A DNA stretch of 64,000 nt from Dehalococcoidia bacterium (lineage in GTDB: Bacteria; Chloroflexota; Dehalococcoidia; SM23-28-2; RBG-16-64-32), in the NCBI GenBank assembly GCA_963665775.2, contig CAXXTF010000002.1, forward strand, positions 1,152,001 through 1,216,000. Direction: 5' to 3'. This document shows, piece by piece, positions 53,501 through 63,905 of this stretch. The notes below the pieces were generated by a model that saw only the letters and a program-made list of their open reading frames with translations, searched no databases and was not told the origin of the DNA. The number at the start of each line of letters is the position of its first letter. The first letter of the stretch is position 1. Both the position numbers and the translations under genes were made by a program.

Positions 53501-54847
53501 ATGATGAACCGTATTACTCGCCTGGACTTCTTCAAGTGGTTCTACCCGGGCATGCACATCAAGCGATGGCTTGCCCTGATGGTCATAGGCGTCGCCATCA
53601 TGACCTTCGGCTTCGCCTACATCGTCCGCGAGGCCTACATCTCCGGCTTCACCCTGCCCGGCTTCATGTACTACGTCACGCTTCAGTTCATCCCCCGTTA
53701 CATCCGCGGCGGTCTGTTCATGGCCGGCGCCGGCGGCCTCATCATCTTCTCCATATGGAAGCTCAGCCAGTCCCTTCTCTCCGTCCTCGCCCCCCATCGG
53801 GACACCACCGAGAGCCTGGTCAACGTAATCTATAACCAGCGCTTTCTGCGCCGAGGACCCAAGATCGTCGCCATCGGCGGCGGCACCGGCCTCTCCAATC
53901 TCCTCCGCGGTCTCAAGGAGTACAGCGGCAACCTGACCGCCGTCGTCACGGTCGCCGATGACGGAGGCAGCTCCGGGGTGCTCCGCCGCGAGCTGGGTGT
54001 CCTCCCTCCGGGCGATGTCCGCAACTGCATCGCCGCCCTGGCCGATGCCGAGCCCCTGATGACGAAGCTCTTCCAGTACCGCTTCTCCGATGGCTCTGGC
54101 CTGGCCGGCCACTCCTTCGGCAACCTGTTCATCGTCGCCATGTCAGGCGTCACCGGCAATTTCGAGGACGCCATCCGCCAGACCAGCCGTGTCCTCGCCG
54201 TCCGGGGCCAGATCATACCCTCCACGTTGGCCAACGTTACCCTCTACGCCGATACGGAGAACGCCCGCACCATCGAGGGCGAGTCCAGCATCGGTACCGG
54301 CACGGACAACGGCCGCATCCGACAGGTCTACCTGCGCCCCGACCGCCCTCCAGCCCACCCCGACGCGGTGCGCGCCATCCTGGAGGCGGACATGATTGTT
54401 CTGGGACCGGGTAGCCTCTACACCAGCATTCTCCCCAACCTTCTGGTTGAAGGCATCCGCCGCTCCCTAATCGCCTCACCCGCAGTCAAGGTTTACGTCT
54501 GCAACGTCGCCACTCAGCCCAACGAGACCGACGACTTCAGCGTGGCCGACCACGTAGCTGCCATCGACCAGCACATCGGGAAGAACCTCATCCAGTACAT
54601 CGTCGCCAACGATAACCTCTCCCATGGCATTCCCCAGGCGGCTCACTCTCAACCCGTTACGGTAGACGCCGCCATCAACGGTGGGATACGATTGATGAAG
54701 GTCGACGTGGTCAGCGAGGAAAATCCCTATCACCACGACTCCAGAAAGCTGACGCAGGCCCTAATGCGTATCTACTACGAGCGTAGCCAGGCGAAGCCGG
54801 CGGCCCCGGACGGCGAGGACACGCTGGTCGCGGCCGCGGACGCATAA
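53501..54847 (+). CDS. yvcK: YvcK/GlmR (CofD-like) UDP-GlcNAc-binding protein with N-terminal TM helices
   Basis: IVAIGGGTGLS, VTVADDGGSSG, PPGDVRNC, GHSFGNL, LGPGSLYTSILPNL. Confidence 0.9.
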   Translation: MMNRITRLDFFKWFYPGMHIKRWLALMVIGVAIMTFGFAYIVREAYISGFTLPGFMYYVTLQFIPRYIRGGLFMAGAGGLIIFSIWKLSQSLLSVLAPHRDTTESLVNVIYNQRFLRRGPKIVAIGGGTGLSNLLRGLKEYSGNLTAVVTVADDGGSSGVLRRELGVLPPGDVRNCIAALADAEPLMTKLFQYRFSDGSGLAGHSFGNLFIVAMSGVTGNFEDAIRQTSRVLAVRGQIIPSTLANVTLYADTENARTIEGESSIGTGTDNGRIRQVYLRPDRPPAHPDAVRAILEADMIVLGPGSLYTSILPNLLVEGIRRSLIASPAVKVYVCNVATQPNETDDFSVADHVAAIDQHIGKNLIQYIVANDNLSHGIPQAAHSQPVTVDAAINGGIRLMKVDVVSEENPYHHDSRKLTQALMRIYYERSQAKPAAPDGEDTLVAAADA

Positions 54848-54871
54848 TGGCTCGAACCGGGTGAAGATGGC

Positions 54872-55090
54872 ATGGAACTGGAAGACTACCTGTCCGTAGC
54901 CGGTGCTCTCATCTCGGTAGCGCTCATCGCGGTTATCCTCATTCAGGTCCGGGGGGAAGGCCTAGGCGGCCTCCAGAGCGGCTCTTTCGTGCGCACCAAA
55001 CGCGGCCTAGAGAAGACCCTCTTCCAGCTTACAATAGTCCTCGTCGTCCTCTTCTTGACGATCTCCGCTCTGGCCGTCGCCGCCCGTTAA
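54872..55090 (+). CDS. secG: Preprotein translocase subunit SecG
   Basis: ILIQVRGEGLGG, RTKRGLEKTL, two TM helices. Confidence 0.88.
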   Translation: MELEDYLSVAGALISVALIAVILIQVRGEGLGGLQSGSFVRTKRGLEKTLFQLTIVLVVLFLTISALAVAAR

Positions 55091-55114
55091 CCGGGGTTCT
55101 CTGTTAGCTCTTTA

Positions 55115-56797
55115 ATGACCTCGAGGAAACTTCGCCTGCCCAAGGGCAGGCGCGGCCCTGGTTGGCCCCTTCTGATCGTCCCCCTGGCCGGCATCCTCGC
55201 CCTGGGAGCGGCCTTCCTCACCCTGGCAAACCCCCTGACCGGGTCCGATGACGATGAGCCGAGCCGCTACATCGAGGCCATTGTGGGCGCCCCCACCCGG
55301 GTCAATCCCCTCTTCGCCCACCTTAACGACGTAGACCGGGACGTCGCCAGCCTGGTGTTCTCCGGTCTCACCCGTCTCGGCCCGGACGGCGAGATACTGC
55401 CGGACCTGGCCCAATCCTGGGCTGTGAGCCATGACGGCCGCACGGTCACGTTCTATCTTCGTCCGGATATCACCTGGCATGAAGGCCCTGCCGCCAGCCC
55501 CTTCACCTCGGCGGATGTGCTCTTCACGTACGGTCTGCTGGCCGACCCGAACCTCCAGGGCGACCCTGACCAGTTGGACCTCTGGCGTCAGGTAGGATGC
55601 GAGGCCCAGGACGAGCTCACCGTCCGCTGCGAGCTTCCACAGCCCTTCGCCCCCTTCCTCTCCTTTACCACCGTGGGCATCCTGCCCCAACACATCCTCG
55701 GGGAAGTCGATGCCACTTCCCTTTTCGATCAGCCCTTCAACCAGGCGCCCGTGGGTACGGGCCCCTTCCAGCTATTCGAGATGGACCAGACACGCGCCCT
55801 CCTCACTGCTAACGCGACCTACCACCTGGGCCGGCCCCAGCTGGACGAGATCGAGCTCCGCTTCTACACGGACACCTCTACGGCCGCCGCCGCCCTAGCC
55901 GACGGTGACGTGCACGCCCTCTTCCTTGATCCCAGCGATCCCAGCACCGACCAAACCGACTTCGATACCCTGGCCGCCAGCGCCGACATCCAGGCGTATG
56001 CAGCCAACCGCACGGCACACACCGTGCTCTACCTGAACAACGCGAAGTCACCCTTCGATAATCCTCTCGTTCGTAACGCCATCGCCCGCGCCATCGACGT
56101 CGACGCCATCGTGGGCAGGCTCCCTCACGGAAGTTCAGTGCCCGCTTACTCCCCCATTGTTCCCGGCACCTGGGCGTTCAACCCCGACATCGAACCCTAT
56201 CCCTACGACACGATAGCGGCCGGCGCTCTGCTGGACGAGGCCGGCTGGCTCCTCCCGGAAGACGGTGCCGTACGTGAACGAGACGGCGTCAAGCTGCGCA
56301 TCTCTCTCGTAACTGATCGGGAATCTTTGGCTCAGGAGATCGCCAGCCAGATGGCGGTGGTAGGCATCGCCGCCACCGTCGTCATTCAGGACACGGCCGA
56401 CCTCGTACGCGACTCCCTCATCCCGCGCCGCTACCAGGCTGCCATCTTCGGTTGGGACCAGGGCCCCGACCCAGACCCCTACCCGGCCTGGCACAGCTCG
56501 CAGACCGGACGCGACGGCCGCAACCTCGCCGCTTACGTGAGTGCGAGGGCGGACAAGCTCCTGGAGGTGGCCCGCCTCACCTCAGACATCGAGCGGCGCC
56601 GGGAGCTCTACTACGCCTTCCAGGAGATCTTTCACACCGATGTCCCCAGCCTGCCCCTCTACTACACGGCCGACACCTACTTCGTGAGCGACCAGGTAAA
56701 GGATCTGAAGCTGGGCACACTGTTCTACTCCAGCTCCCGCTTCAACAACATCCATGAGTGGAGCTTAGATAAGGCCGGAGATTCCGGTGGCCGGTGA
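55115..56797 (+). CDS. ABC peptide-type substrate-binding protein (family 5)
   Basis: YIEAIVGAPTRVNPL, LVFSGL, PDLAQSW, PVGTGPF, DPDPYPAWHSSQ. Confidence 0.9.
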   Translation: MTSRKLRLPKGRRGPGWPLLIVPLAGILALGAAFLTLANPLTGSDDDEPSRYIEAIVGAPTRVNPLFAHLNDVDRDVASLVFSGLTRLGPDGEILPDLAQSWAVSHDGRTVTFYLRPDITWHEGPAASPFTSADVLFTYGLLADPNLQGDPDQLDLWRQVGCEAQDELTVRCELPQPFAPFLSFTTVGILPQHILGEVDATSLFDQPFNQAPVGTGPFQLFEMDQTRALLTANATYHLGRPQLDEIELRFYTDTSTAAAALADGDVHALFLDPSDPSTDQTDFDTLAASADIQAYAANRTAHTVLYLNNAKSPFDNPLVRNAIARAIDVDAIVGRLPHGSSVPAYSPIVPGTWAFNPDIEPYPYDTIAAGALLDEAGWLLPEDGAVRERDGVKLRISLVTDRESLAQEIASQMAVVGIAATVVIQDTADLVRDSLIPRRYQAAIFGWDQGPDPDPYPAWHSSQTGRDGRNLAAYVSARADKLLEVARLTSDIERRRELYYAFQEIFHTDVPSLPLYYTADTYFVSDQVKDLKLGTLFYSSSRFNNIHEWSLDKAGDSGGR

Positions 56798-56804
56798 GCG
56801 GCAT

Positions 56805-57626
56805 ATGGCAGCCTCCTTAATCACGCTCACCACAGACTTCGGCCCCTCTGACCCTTACGTGGCGTCTCTCAAAGGCGCAATCCTCTCCATCAATCCGGGC
56901 GTCACCATCGTGGACGTCAGCCATGCGGTCGGCCCCCATCGGATCGAACAGGGGGCCTTCCTCCTGGGCCTGGCCTGGCCCCATTTTCCGGCGGACGCCA
57001 TCCACGTCGTAGTGGTCGACCCGGAAGTAGGCACCGATCGGCGCGCTATCGCCCTCGCGACCCCAGCGGCCACCTTTGTCGGGCCCGATAACGGGGTCCT
57101 CTCAGCCGCTCTCCCTGACGACGCCCGCGAGGGCGTTCCCGAAATGGGGCATCCCGTATCTCTGCCCGCCGGAACAGTAGCCCACCTTCTGACCAACGAG
57201 GCGCTCCACCGAGGGCCCGTCAGCGCCACCTTTCACGGCCGCGACATCTTCGCGCCCGTGGCCGCCCACCTTTCCCGGGGTGTCCGCCTGACCGAGCTCG
57301 GTCCCGCCGTCTCCAAGATCATTGCCCTCCCGCCCTTTCGGGCCCGCCTCCAGCCCGACGGCTCCCTGGTCGGGCGCGTCATGCACGTGGACCACTTCGG
57401 AAATCTCGTCACGAATGTGCGGGCGGAGCAGCTTCCGGCACCGCCGCTGTTAGTGGAGATTCGTGGGCGCAGGATTGAGGGCCTGAGCCTGACCTACGGA
57501 CGGGGCGATGGCCTCTTGGCCTTGATCGGCAGCAGCGGCTTGTTGGAGGTAGCGATCCGCCAGGGGAGTGCCGCCCGCGACCTGGAAGCCGGTATTGGGG
57601 AGCCCGTCGCCATACGAAGCGCCTAA
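56805..57626 (+). CDS. SAM hydrolase/SAM-dependent halogenase family (DUF62)
   Basis: ITLTTDFG, VVVDPEVGT, GPDNG, SATFHGRDIFAP, VDHFGN, GSSGLLEVA. Confidence 0.92.
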   Translation: MAASLITLTTDFGPSDPYVASLKGAILSINPGVTIVDVSHAVGPHRIEQGAFLLGLAWPHFPADAIHVVVVDPEVGTDRRAIALATPAATFVGPDNGVLSAALPDDAREGVPEMGHPVSLPAGTVAHLLTNEALHRGPVSATFHGRDIFAPVAAHLSRGVRLTELGPAVSKIIALPPFRARLQPDGSLVGRVMHVDHFGNLVTNVRAEQLPAPPLLVEIRGRRIEGLSLTYGRGDGLLALIGSSGLLEVAIRQGSAARDLEAGIGEPVAIRSA

Positions 57627-58225
57627 GGTATGACGACCACCGGCACCTGGAGCGCATCTACAGGTACACCATCCTCCGTCGTGTCCAGATAGACCCACAA
57701 GCAGAACGGCGTTGGCTCGGACACATCGGCGATGCTCACTTTAGCCGCGAAGGGGCTCGTGAACTCCGTATCGTCCAAACCCTCAGGCGGCACCTGATCG
57801 TCTCGCTCAAGGGGAAGCACCTCCAGGACATCCAACAACTCCCCTTCGGCGTCGACCACGGCCACCGCCACCCCCCTCTCCTGATAATCGCTGGACGATC
57901 CCCAGCCGCGGATGAGGATCGGCACGCCCACCTCTGCCTCCGGCTGCGGCTCCTCAAGCTGCAGCAGCTCCGGCGGCGCCGGATAGTCGTTGAACGTACA
58001 GGCTAGGCCCGACGTCGGCTCCGGGTTCGACACCGGCGGCGGGGTCGGAGCGGGTGAAGGCGCGGGCTTGGATGGTGTCGGCGTCGGTGTCGCTGTGGCT
58101 GCCGGCGTCCTCACTTCAATCACGACCCCCCCACCCCCCTCGTCGCCAAACCCCAGCCGCCCGCAGGCGCCGATGAGGAGCGCCAGCAAAACCAGTGAGG
58201 CCGCGGCTAACGCCGGCATACCCAC
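57623..58225 (-). CDS. Lipoprotein of unknown function with Pro/Thr linker
   Basis: LLIGACG lipobox, TPTP linker, Ig-like beta domain. Confidence 0.65.
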   Translation of the reverse strand: MGMPALAAASLVLLALLIGACGRLGFGDEGGGGVVIEVRTPAATATPTPTPSKPAPSPAPTPPPVSNPEPTSGLACTFNDYPAPPELLQLEEPQPEAEVGVPILIRGWGSSSDYQERGVAVAVVDAEGELLDVLEVLPLERDDQVPPEGLDDTEFTSPFAAKVSIADVSEPTPFCLWVYLDTTEDGVPVDALQVPVVVIP

Positions 58226-58326
58226 CCTAACGCACGTGAGACGATATCCGGTCCATACAACAATCGTAACAACGCTTGTCCCTCGCTCGCGTTACTGTAC
58301 AGCATTGTGCTAGAATCGCGCCGTCC

Positions 58327-59304
58327 ATGAGCATCGTCTTCATGGGGAGCCCCTCGTTCGCAGTGCCCTCCCTGCGCCGCCTTGCTGCCGACGGCCATCG
58401 GATCAGCGCTGTCTACTCGCAGCCGGACCGGCCCGCGGGGCGGGGTCGCCATCCCAAACCACCCCCCGTCAAGCTCTCCGCCCAGGAGCTGGGCCTGCCC
58501 GTTCGCCAGCCGCCGACGCTGCGGGACGCCCAGGCGCTGGCGGCGCTGGCCTCCCTCGAGCCCCAGCTCATCGTGGTCGTGGCCTACGGTCAGATCCTCC
58601 GGCAAGAGCTCCTCGACATCCCACCGCGTGGCGTCCTCAACGTTCACCCCTCCCTCCTGCCCCGCCATCGCGGCGCCTCGCCCATCCCCTCTGCCATCCT
58701 GGCCGGCGACGAGGAGAGTGGCGTCACTATCATGCTCATGGACGCGGGCACGGACACCGGCCCCATACTAGCCCAACGCGTCATGGCGATCGAGCCCTCG
58801 GACACAGCCGCCTCCCTCGACGACAGGCTGGCCCACGTTGGCGCCGACCTGATGGCGGAGACCCTTCCCCAATGGCTCAAGGGGGAGATAGAGCCGAGGC
58901 CACAGGATGACTCACAGGCTACCAAGACCCCCCTCCTCCACAAGGAGGACGCCGACATCGACTGGAGCCTGCCGGCGACGACCATCTGGCGGCAGGTCCG
59001 GGCCTTCAACCCTTGGCCGGGCTCCCACACCGCCCTGGACAACGAGATGCTGCACATCTGGCAGGCCTGGCCCCTGGAGGGCGATAGCGGCCGACCAGCC
59101 GGCAGCATAGTGCCTCTTACACCGGAGCAACGCCGTGACCTCCCTCCTGGCACCGATCCCGAGACCTTCGCCGTGCAGACCGGCAGCGGGCTCCTGGCCA
59201 TCCTCCTGGTGCAGCGGGCCGGCCGGCGCGCCCTCCCCCCGGGCGACTTCCTGCGCGGAGTCCGCGATGCCATCGGCCGTCGCCTCGTCTCCGGGAATAG
59301 ATAA
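58327..59304 (+). CDS. fmt: Methionyl-tRNA formyltransferase
   Basis: IVFMGSPSFA, SQPDRPAGRG, VVAYGQIL, NVHPSLLPRHRGASPI, DTGPI, RAFNPWPG. Confidence 0.96.
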   Translation: MSIVFMGSPSFAVPSLRRLAADGHRISAVYSQPDRPAGRGRHPKPPPVKLSAQELGLPVRQPPTLRDAQALAALASLEPQLIVVVAYGQILRQELLDIPPRGVLNVHPSLLPRHRGASPIPSAILAGDEESGVTIMLMDAGTDTGPILAQRVMAIEPSDTAASLDDRLAHVGADLMAETLPQWLKGEIEPRPQDDSQATKTPLLHKEDADIDWSLPATTIWRQVRAFNPWPGSHTALDNEMLHIWQAWPLEGDSGRPAGSIVPLTPEQRRDLPPGTDPETFAVQTGSGLLAILLVQRAGRRALPPGDFLRGVRDAIGRRLVSGNR

Positions 59305-59327
59305 GGGGAGGGCAATGCCCTCCCCTT
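59303..59327. terminator. Hairpin between convergent fmt and rplY (likely bidirectional terminator)
   Basis: AAGGGGAGGGC-AAT-GCCCTCCCCTT perfect 11-bp stem. Confidence 0.6.
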
Positions 59328-59347
59328 GAGCGCCGCTTGGCGACGCC

Positions 59348-60001
59348 TCAGTTTTCGCTCGCCTCGGTCTCCGGCGCAGCTTCGCCCGCACCCTCGACGG
59401 CCTCTGCCTCAACCTCTTCCTCGTCGACGCGTTCCACGACGGGCGGCGCTACCTTCGCCACCACCAACTCCGGGTCCGTCAAGACGGTCAGCTCGGACGG
59501 TATCGAAAGGTCACCGACGTGCACGGACTGATCGATCTGCTCGAGGCCGGTGACATCGACCTCGATGTGCGAGGGGATTTCCGTGGGCAGGCCCTCCACG
59601 GTAATGTAACCCAGGCTGTGCAGCAGCGTGCCGCCGGACGTGTCGACGGCCGGCGCCACTCCCACCAGGTGCAACGGCACCTCCAGCCGTACCTTATCCT
59701 TCAGCGATATCTGGTAGAAGTCCACATGGAAGATCATGTCCGTCACGGGATTTCGCTGGACAGCGCGGACGAGGGTCGGCCGCGGCTCCTCTCCGCCCAG
59801 CCTCAGGTAGACGATGTCGTTGCGACCGGCGAAGCGAAGCAGGTGGTGCACCTCCTCCGTGGGTAGCTGGATCGGGGTGGGCTGCACGTGGTGGCCGTAG
59901 ATGTTGGCCGGCGTCAGCCCCTCCCGTCGCAGCCGCTTCACCTTCTTCCCCAGCACCTCGCGCGGCTCCACGCTCAGCTCAATTCTTGTTTCCTGAACCA
60001 T
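59348..60001 (-). CDS. rplY: 50S ribosomal protein L25 (Ctc form)
   Basis: GKKVKRLRREG, PANIYG, HVDFY, IPSHIEVDV, acidic tail. Confidence 0.95.
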   Translation of the reverse strand: MVQETRIELSVEPREVLGKKVKRLRREGLTPANIYGHHVQPTPIQLPTEEVHHLLRFAGRNDIVYLRLGGEEPRPTLVRAVQRNPVTDMIFHVDFYQISLKDKVRLEVPLHLVGVAPAVDTSGGTLLHSLGYITVEGLPTEIPSHIEVDVTGLEQIDQSVHVGDLSIPSELTVLTDPELVVAKVAPPVVERVDEEEVEAEAVEGAGEAAPETEASEN

Positions 60002-60029
60002 CGAACGCTCCTAACTGGTGGCGTATCTC

Positions 60030-60058
60030 AGATTAGCGGACGCCCCCGCCAGCGTCAA
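60030..60058 (-). promoter_or_regulatory. Sigma70-type promoter of rplY
   Basis: Minus strand TTGACG-N17-TAATCT. Confidence 0.55.
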
Positions 60059-60298
60059 CGCCGAGCGCCGCACCAGCCTGCGAACCGGATATCTTCATGG
60101 CAGCGTGGCAACCGCCCCCTCTACCACACCTCGCTGCCGTGCGTCGGTGCTGTAAGTCACGACAGAGCGTTCTGGAGCGTGCGGCGGTGGCCCAGAATGT
60201 AGCGTCTCCTAGCCCTGGTTCGTACGGGACGAGTTCCGCCAAGCGCTACCAGGTACCCCACAGCCGGCCGGACGCTAGGGTCGTCGGCGTTCCTGTTG

Positions 60299-60892
60299 CT
60301 AGTATTGCGCTTGGACCGACGCTGCGATTCTCAAGACCACTTCCTCTGTTAGCGGGCCTCCTGTCTGCGCTCTCAAATAATAGTTAGCCTTGTCTTTCCA
60401 AACGAGGAAGAGCACAGGGTACGGCGTGCGCTCTTTGGGCCCCGTCAACACCAGCTCCCCAATGATATCGTTCTTAATCACTACCGATTCGCTTTTGCCA
60501 CCAAGGCCTAGGTTGCCGTGCGGACGCTCTTCGATAGAGAACCTGATTGATGGGTCTTCCTCCCACTTCCAGGAACGCGCAACGTTCTTGGTCTTCTGCA
60601 AAGTGAAAGTCAATTCCGTGACTACGACATCTGGATTCTCGATGAAGCCCTCTGGTATGAAGGCAACATCAAACAATGCGCGGCCAGTGAGGTCGGCTAC
60701 CTCCTCGCGAGGCACATGGTAGATGATAGTGCCACCTTCGGCTGTGGGTTTGGGCACGACCGAGGCGGCGGGCTCTGGGGAGGGTGTTGGTGTGGCAGCT
60801 GGCTGGCTGGGTGCGGGCTGCGCGTTCCCTCCACCACAAGCGGCGGCCAGCAACAGCACGGACACCATAGCTACCGGTAGACCGGTCTTCAT
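60299..60892 (-). CDS. Lipoprotein of unknown function (DUF4367-like C-terminus possible)
   Basis: LLAAACGG lipobox; LVWK..YYL....LTEEVVLRIAASV. Confidence 0.6.
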   Translation of the reverse strand: MKTGLPVAMVSVLLLAAACGGGNAQPAPSQPAATPTPSPEPAASVVPKPTAEGGTIIYHVPREEVADLTGRALFDVAFIPEGFIENPDVVVTELTFTLQKTKNVARSWKWEEDPSIRFSIEERPHGNLGLGGKSESVVIKNDIIGELVLTGPKERTPYPVLFLVWKDKANYYLRAQTGGPLTEEVVLRIAASVQAQY

Positions 60893-60954
60893 CTCGCGTC
60901 GAACCCTCCGACGTCCCTATTATGGCGCATCTCGCTCCGTCGGTCAGCCTATCG

Positions 60955-61644
60955 CTACCTCGTCCCCAGGTAGAGCGGGGCCGTCGGGCAGCCGTCCTGC
61001 AGGGGACACTCCGGGCACAGAGGCCGCTGCGCCCGGCACAGCCGGCGCCCGTGCTCGATGAGCGACACATGGAACGGGAAGACCTCCTCAGGCTGCAACA
61101 TCGCCTCCAGCAGGTCGTGGGCCGGCGCCGCCCCCGCCTTCGCCGGCACCAGCCCCAGCCGCTGCGCCACCCGATGCACGTGGGTGTCCACGGGCAAGGC
61201 GGGCCGCCCCAGGGCGAACATCAGCACGCAGGCCGCCGTCTTGGGACCGACCCCTGCCAGCGAGCGCAGCCACTGCTTCGCCTCCGCCAGCGGCATCTCC
61301 CCCAAGAACGACAGGTCGAAAGATCCGCAACGCCGCCACACCTCTTCCAGGATCGCCTTTATCCGCGGCGCCTTCACCCGCGCCAGCCCACCCACCTGGA
61401 TCTCCGCCTCGATCTGGCCCGGGTCGGCCGCCATCAGCTCCTCCCAGATCGGGTAGCGAGTCCTGAGCCGCGTGAAGGCGCGCCCAGAGTTAGTGTCGGA
61501 CGTGTTCTGGGAGAGGATGGTGAACACCAGCTCCGTCATCGCATCACCGCGGGACCGCCACACCGGCTCTCCGTACAGCGCCGACAGCCGCCTCACTATC
61601 TCCCTAGGCGATAGATGCTTGATATCCCTCCGGGTTCCGGTCAC
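60955..61644 (-). CDS. nth: Endonuclease III family HhH-GPD glycosylase
   Basis: [28 protein letters not shown]-x6-C-x2-C-x5-C FeS cluster ([17 protein letters not shown]). Confidence 0.85.
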   Translation of the reverse strand: MTGTRRDIKHLSPREIVRRLSALYGEPVWRSRGDAMTELVFTILSQNTSDTNSGRAFTRLRTRYPIWEELMAADPGQIEAEIQVGGLARVKAPRIKAILEEVWRRCGSFDLSFLGEMPLAEAKQWLRSLAGVGPKTAACVLMFALGRPALPVDTHVHRVAQRLGLVPAKAGAAPAHDLLEAMLQPEEVFPFHVSLIEHGRRLCRAQRPLCPECPLQDGCPTAPLYLGTR

Positions 61645-62741
61645 TCCTCTTCCGCCTCAGGGTTCGCGAAGTAGTCCCACACGGCGCCGGAAACCGCCAC
61701 GACCGGCTCCCGGGTCCAGGGTTGGTCGGACATGACAACGATGACGTAAGGTCCCGCCGGGCCCCACACGATGGCCACGCTGTGGGTGGCGTTCGTCCAG
61801 TTGCCCGTCTTATGAGCCACAGCGGTGCCTACCGGCAGGGCCATTGGAATCCCCTGGCGAATCCGCTCCTGCAACAGCACCGAAAGCATGTCGTGCCGCG
61901 ACGCCTCGGACACGCCCTCACCGGCAGCGATCGCCTCCAGGAGTACCGCTATGTCTCGGGCGACGGCCGGCAGCCCGCTAACGTTGAAAGACGTCTGCTC
62001 GATCCCCAGGGAGCGGAGGGTGACGTCCACCCGTGCGGTTCCCACCACATCCTGCACCAGAATTGCCGTGGGCGTGTCGCTCACAACGATCATCGCCGTG
62101 ATGGCATCGAGCAGGGTGAGGGTGTCGCCCGCCTGCAGGTCCAGCAGCTCCAGCGTCCCAAAATCGTGGTTCGCATGCTCTGCGGTCAGGGTCAATATCT
62201 GTGCCAGGTCCACCTCCCCAGCGTCCCGCTGCCGATAGACCTCCAGGAGAAGCCCCAGCTTGAACAGGCTCGCCGCGTAATAGACCTGCTGCTCGTTCAG
62301 GGCAGCGTACCGACCGTCCGCCAGGTTGTGGACGACCACGGAGTAGCGGCCCGGATACTCGGCGAGGGTCGTTTCGATCAGCTCCTGCAACGCCGAATCG
62401 GGGACCGGCGCAGCGAACTCTTCCGGCAGCTCCGGAACCGGCACATTGGTCACGAGTCCGGTCAGAATGCGGAACTCGGGCGGCCGCAAGGTGGGCGAAG
62501 GGGACAGGGAGGCTGAGGGCGTCGGCGTGGGCGAGGACGTCGGTGTGGGCAAGGGAGTCGCCGTCGGCAGCGGCGTGGGCGGCGCGGTCGGCGCCACCGT
62601 CGGCGTTGGCGTCTCGGAAGGGATAGGCGACGGGCTTACAGTCGGTGTCGGGTCACTGGAACCTCGACAGCCTGACAGTACCAGCAGCAACGCCGCCAAA
62701 GTAAGGAGAACCGTGATCTGCCGGGTCATCATCGTAGTCAT
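61641..62741 (-). CDS. Class A beta-lactamase-like serine hydrolase lipoprotein
   Basis: LSGC lipobox, PT linker, ASLFK (SxxK), SDT, HKTG. Confidence 0.85.
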   Translation of the reverse strand: MTTMMTRQITVLLTLAALLLVLSGCRGSSDPTPTVSPSPIPSETPTPTVAPTAPPTPLPTATPLPTPTSSPTPTPSASLSPSPTLRPPEFRILTGLVTNVPVPELPEEFAAPVPDSALQELIETTLAEYPGRYSVVVHNLADGRYAALNEQQVYYAASLFKLGLLLEVYRQRDAGEVDLAQILTLTAEHANHDFGTLELLDLQAGDTLTLLDAITAMIVVSDTPTAILVQDVVGTARVDVTLRSLGIEQTSFNVSGLPAVARDIAVLLEAIAAGEGVSEASRHDMLSVLLQERIRQGIPMALPVGTAVAHKTGNWTNATHSVAIVWGPAGPYVIVVMSDQPWTREPVVAVSGAVWDYFANPEAEEE

Positions 62742-62844
62742 CTAGGCGCCAATAGCCTCTTTAGGCTTCGATCGGTCCGCGGTTGTGGCGCCAATGCTCT
62801 GCCCATTATACTGGAACCGCTACAACCCGCTCGAAAGGAGTACT

Positions 62845-63891
62845 ATGGCGGCCAAGCCGGTGCGCCTCACAGAGCTGGCCTCCTGCGCCGGTTGAGCCGG
62901 CAAGGCAGGGGCTGAAGCCCTAGCGCAGGTCCTGCGCTACCTCTCCGACCACCCGACAGACGAGCACCCCAACCTGCTCGTCGGCCTCACCAGGCCCGAC
63001 GATGCCACCGTCTACAAGCTGAACGACGAGCAGGCGGTGGTGCTGACCGTAGACTTCTTCGCCCCCCTGGTAGACGATCCCTATCAGTATGGAGCGATCG
63101 CCGCCGCCAACGCCCTCAGCGATATCTACGCCATGGGCGCTGAGGTCACCCTAGCCCTGAACATCGTCGGCTTCCCGGAAGAGATGGAGACGGAGGTCAT
63201 CGGCGCCATCCTTCGCGGCGGCGCCGACAAGGTGGCCGAAGCGGGCGGCGTCATCGCCGGCGGCCACACCATCATCGACGCCGAGCCCAAGTACGGCCTC
63301 TGCGTCCTCGGCACGCTCCACCCAGAGCACATCTTCACGAAGGGCGGCGCTCAGCCCGGCGATCTCCTCTACCTCAGCAAACCGCTGGGCACCGGAATAG
63401 TCACCACCGCCGCCAAGATCGGCGAGGCGAAGGAGGATCATCTCCAGGCGGCCGTCGACAGCATGACCCGTCTCAACCGTCACCCATCCCACATCGTGCG
63501 GGCGGTGGAGGCGCACGCCCTCACCGACGTCAGCGGCTTTAGCATCCTGGGCCACGGCTACGAGATCGCCAACGCCAGCAACGCTGCCCTTTGCATTGCC
63601 ACCTCCCACATCCCTCTCCTTCCCGGTGCCCTGGAGTACGCCAGCCGCGGCATCGTCACGGGAGGCGCCGCCCGCAATCGCAATTACCTTGCGGGCAAGG
63701 TGAGCTTCACCGACGACATCCCTGAGGAGCTCCAGCATATCCTCTTCGACCCTCAAACCTCCGGCGGTCTTCTGTTCGCCGCGCCCCCAGAGAAGGCCGA
63801 CGAGGTGGAGGCTCGCTTCGCCGCTGCGAAGCTGCCCGTATGGCGCGTCGGCGAAGTCATAGAGGGTCGGGGCATCATCGTGACATCCTGA
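62845..63891 (+). CDS. selD: Selenide, water dikinase (selenophosphate synthetase), selenocysteine-containing
   Basis: AAGGAG RBS, MAAKPVRLTELASCAG-U(TGA 62893)-AGK in frame with DDATVY, TVDFF, ANALSDIYAMG, GGHT, TDVSGF, DPQTSGGLL. Confidence 0.95.
62921..62939 (+). promoter_or_regulatory. Candidate bacterial SECIS hairpin
   Basis: TAGCGCAG-GTC-CTGCGCTA, G-starting apical loop 33 nt after the UGA. Confidence 0.65.
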
Positions 63892-63905
63892 CTCGATCCC
63901 TGATC

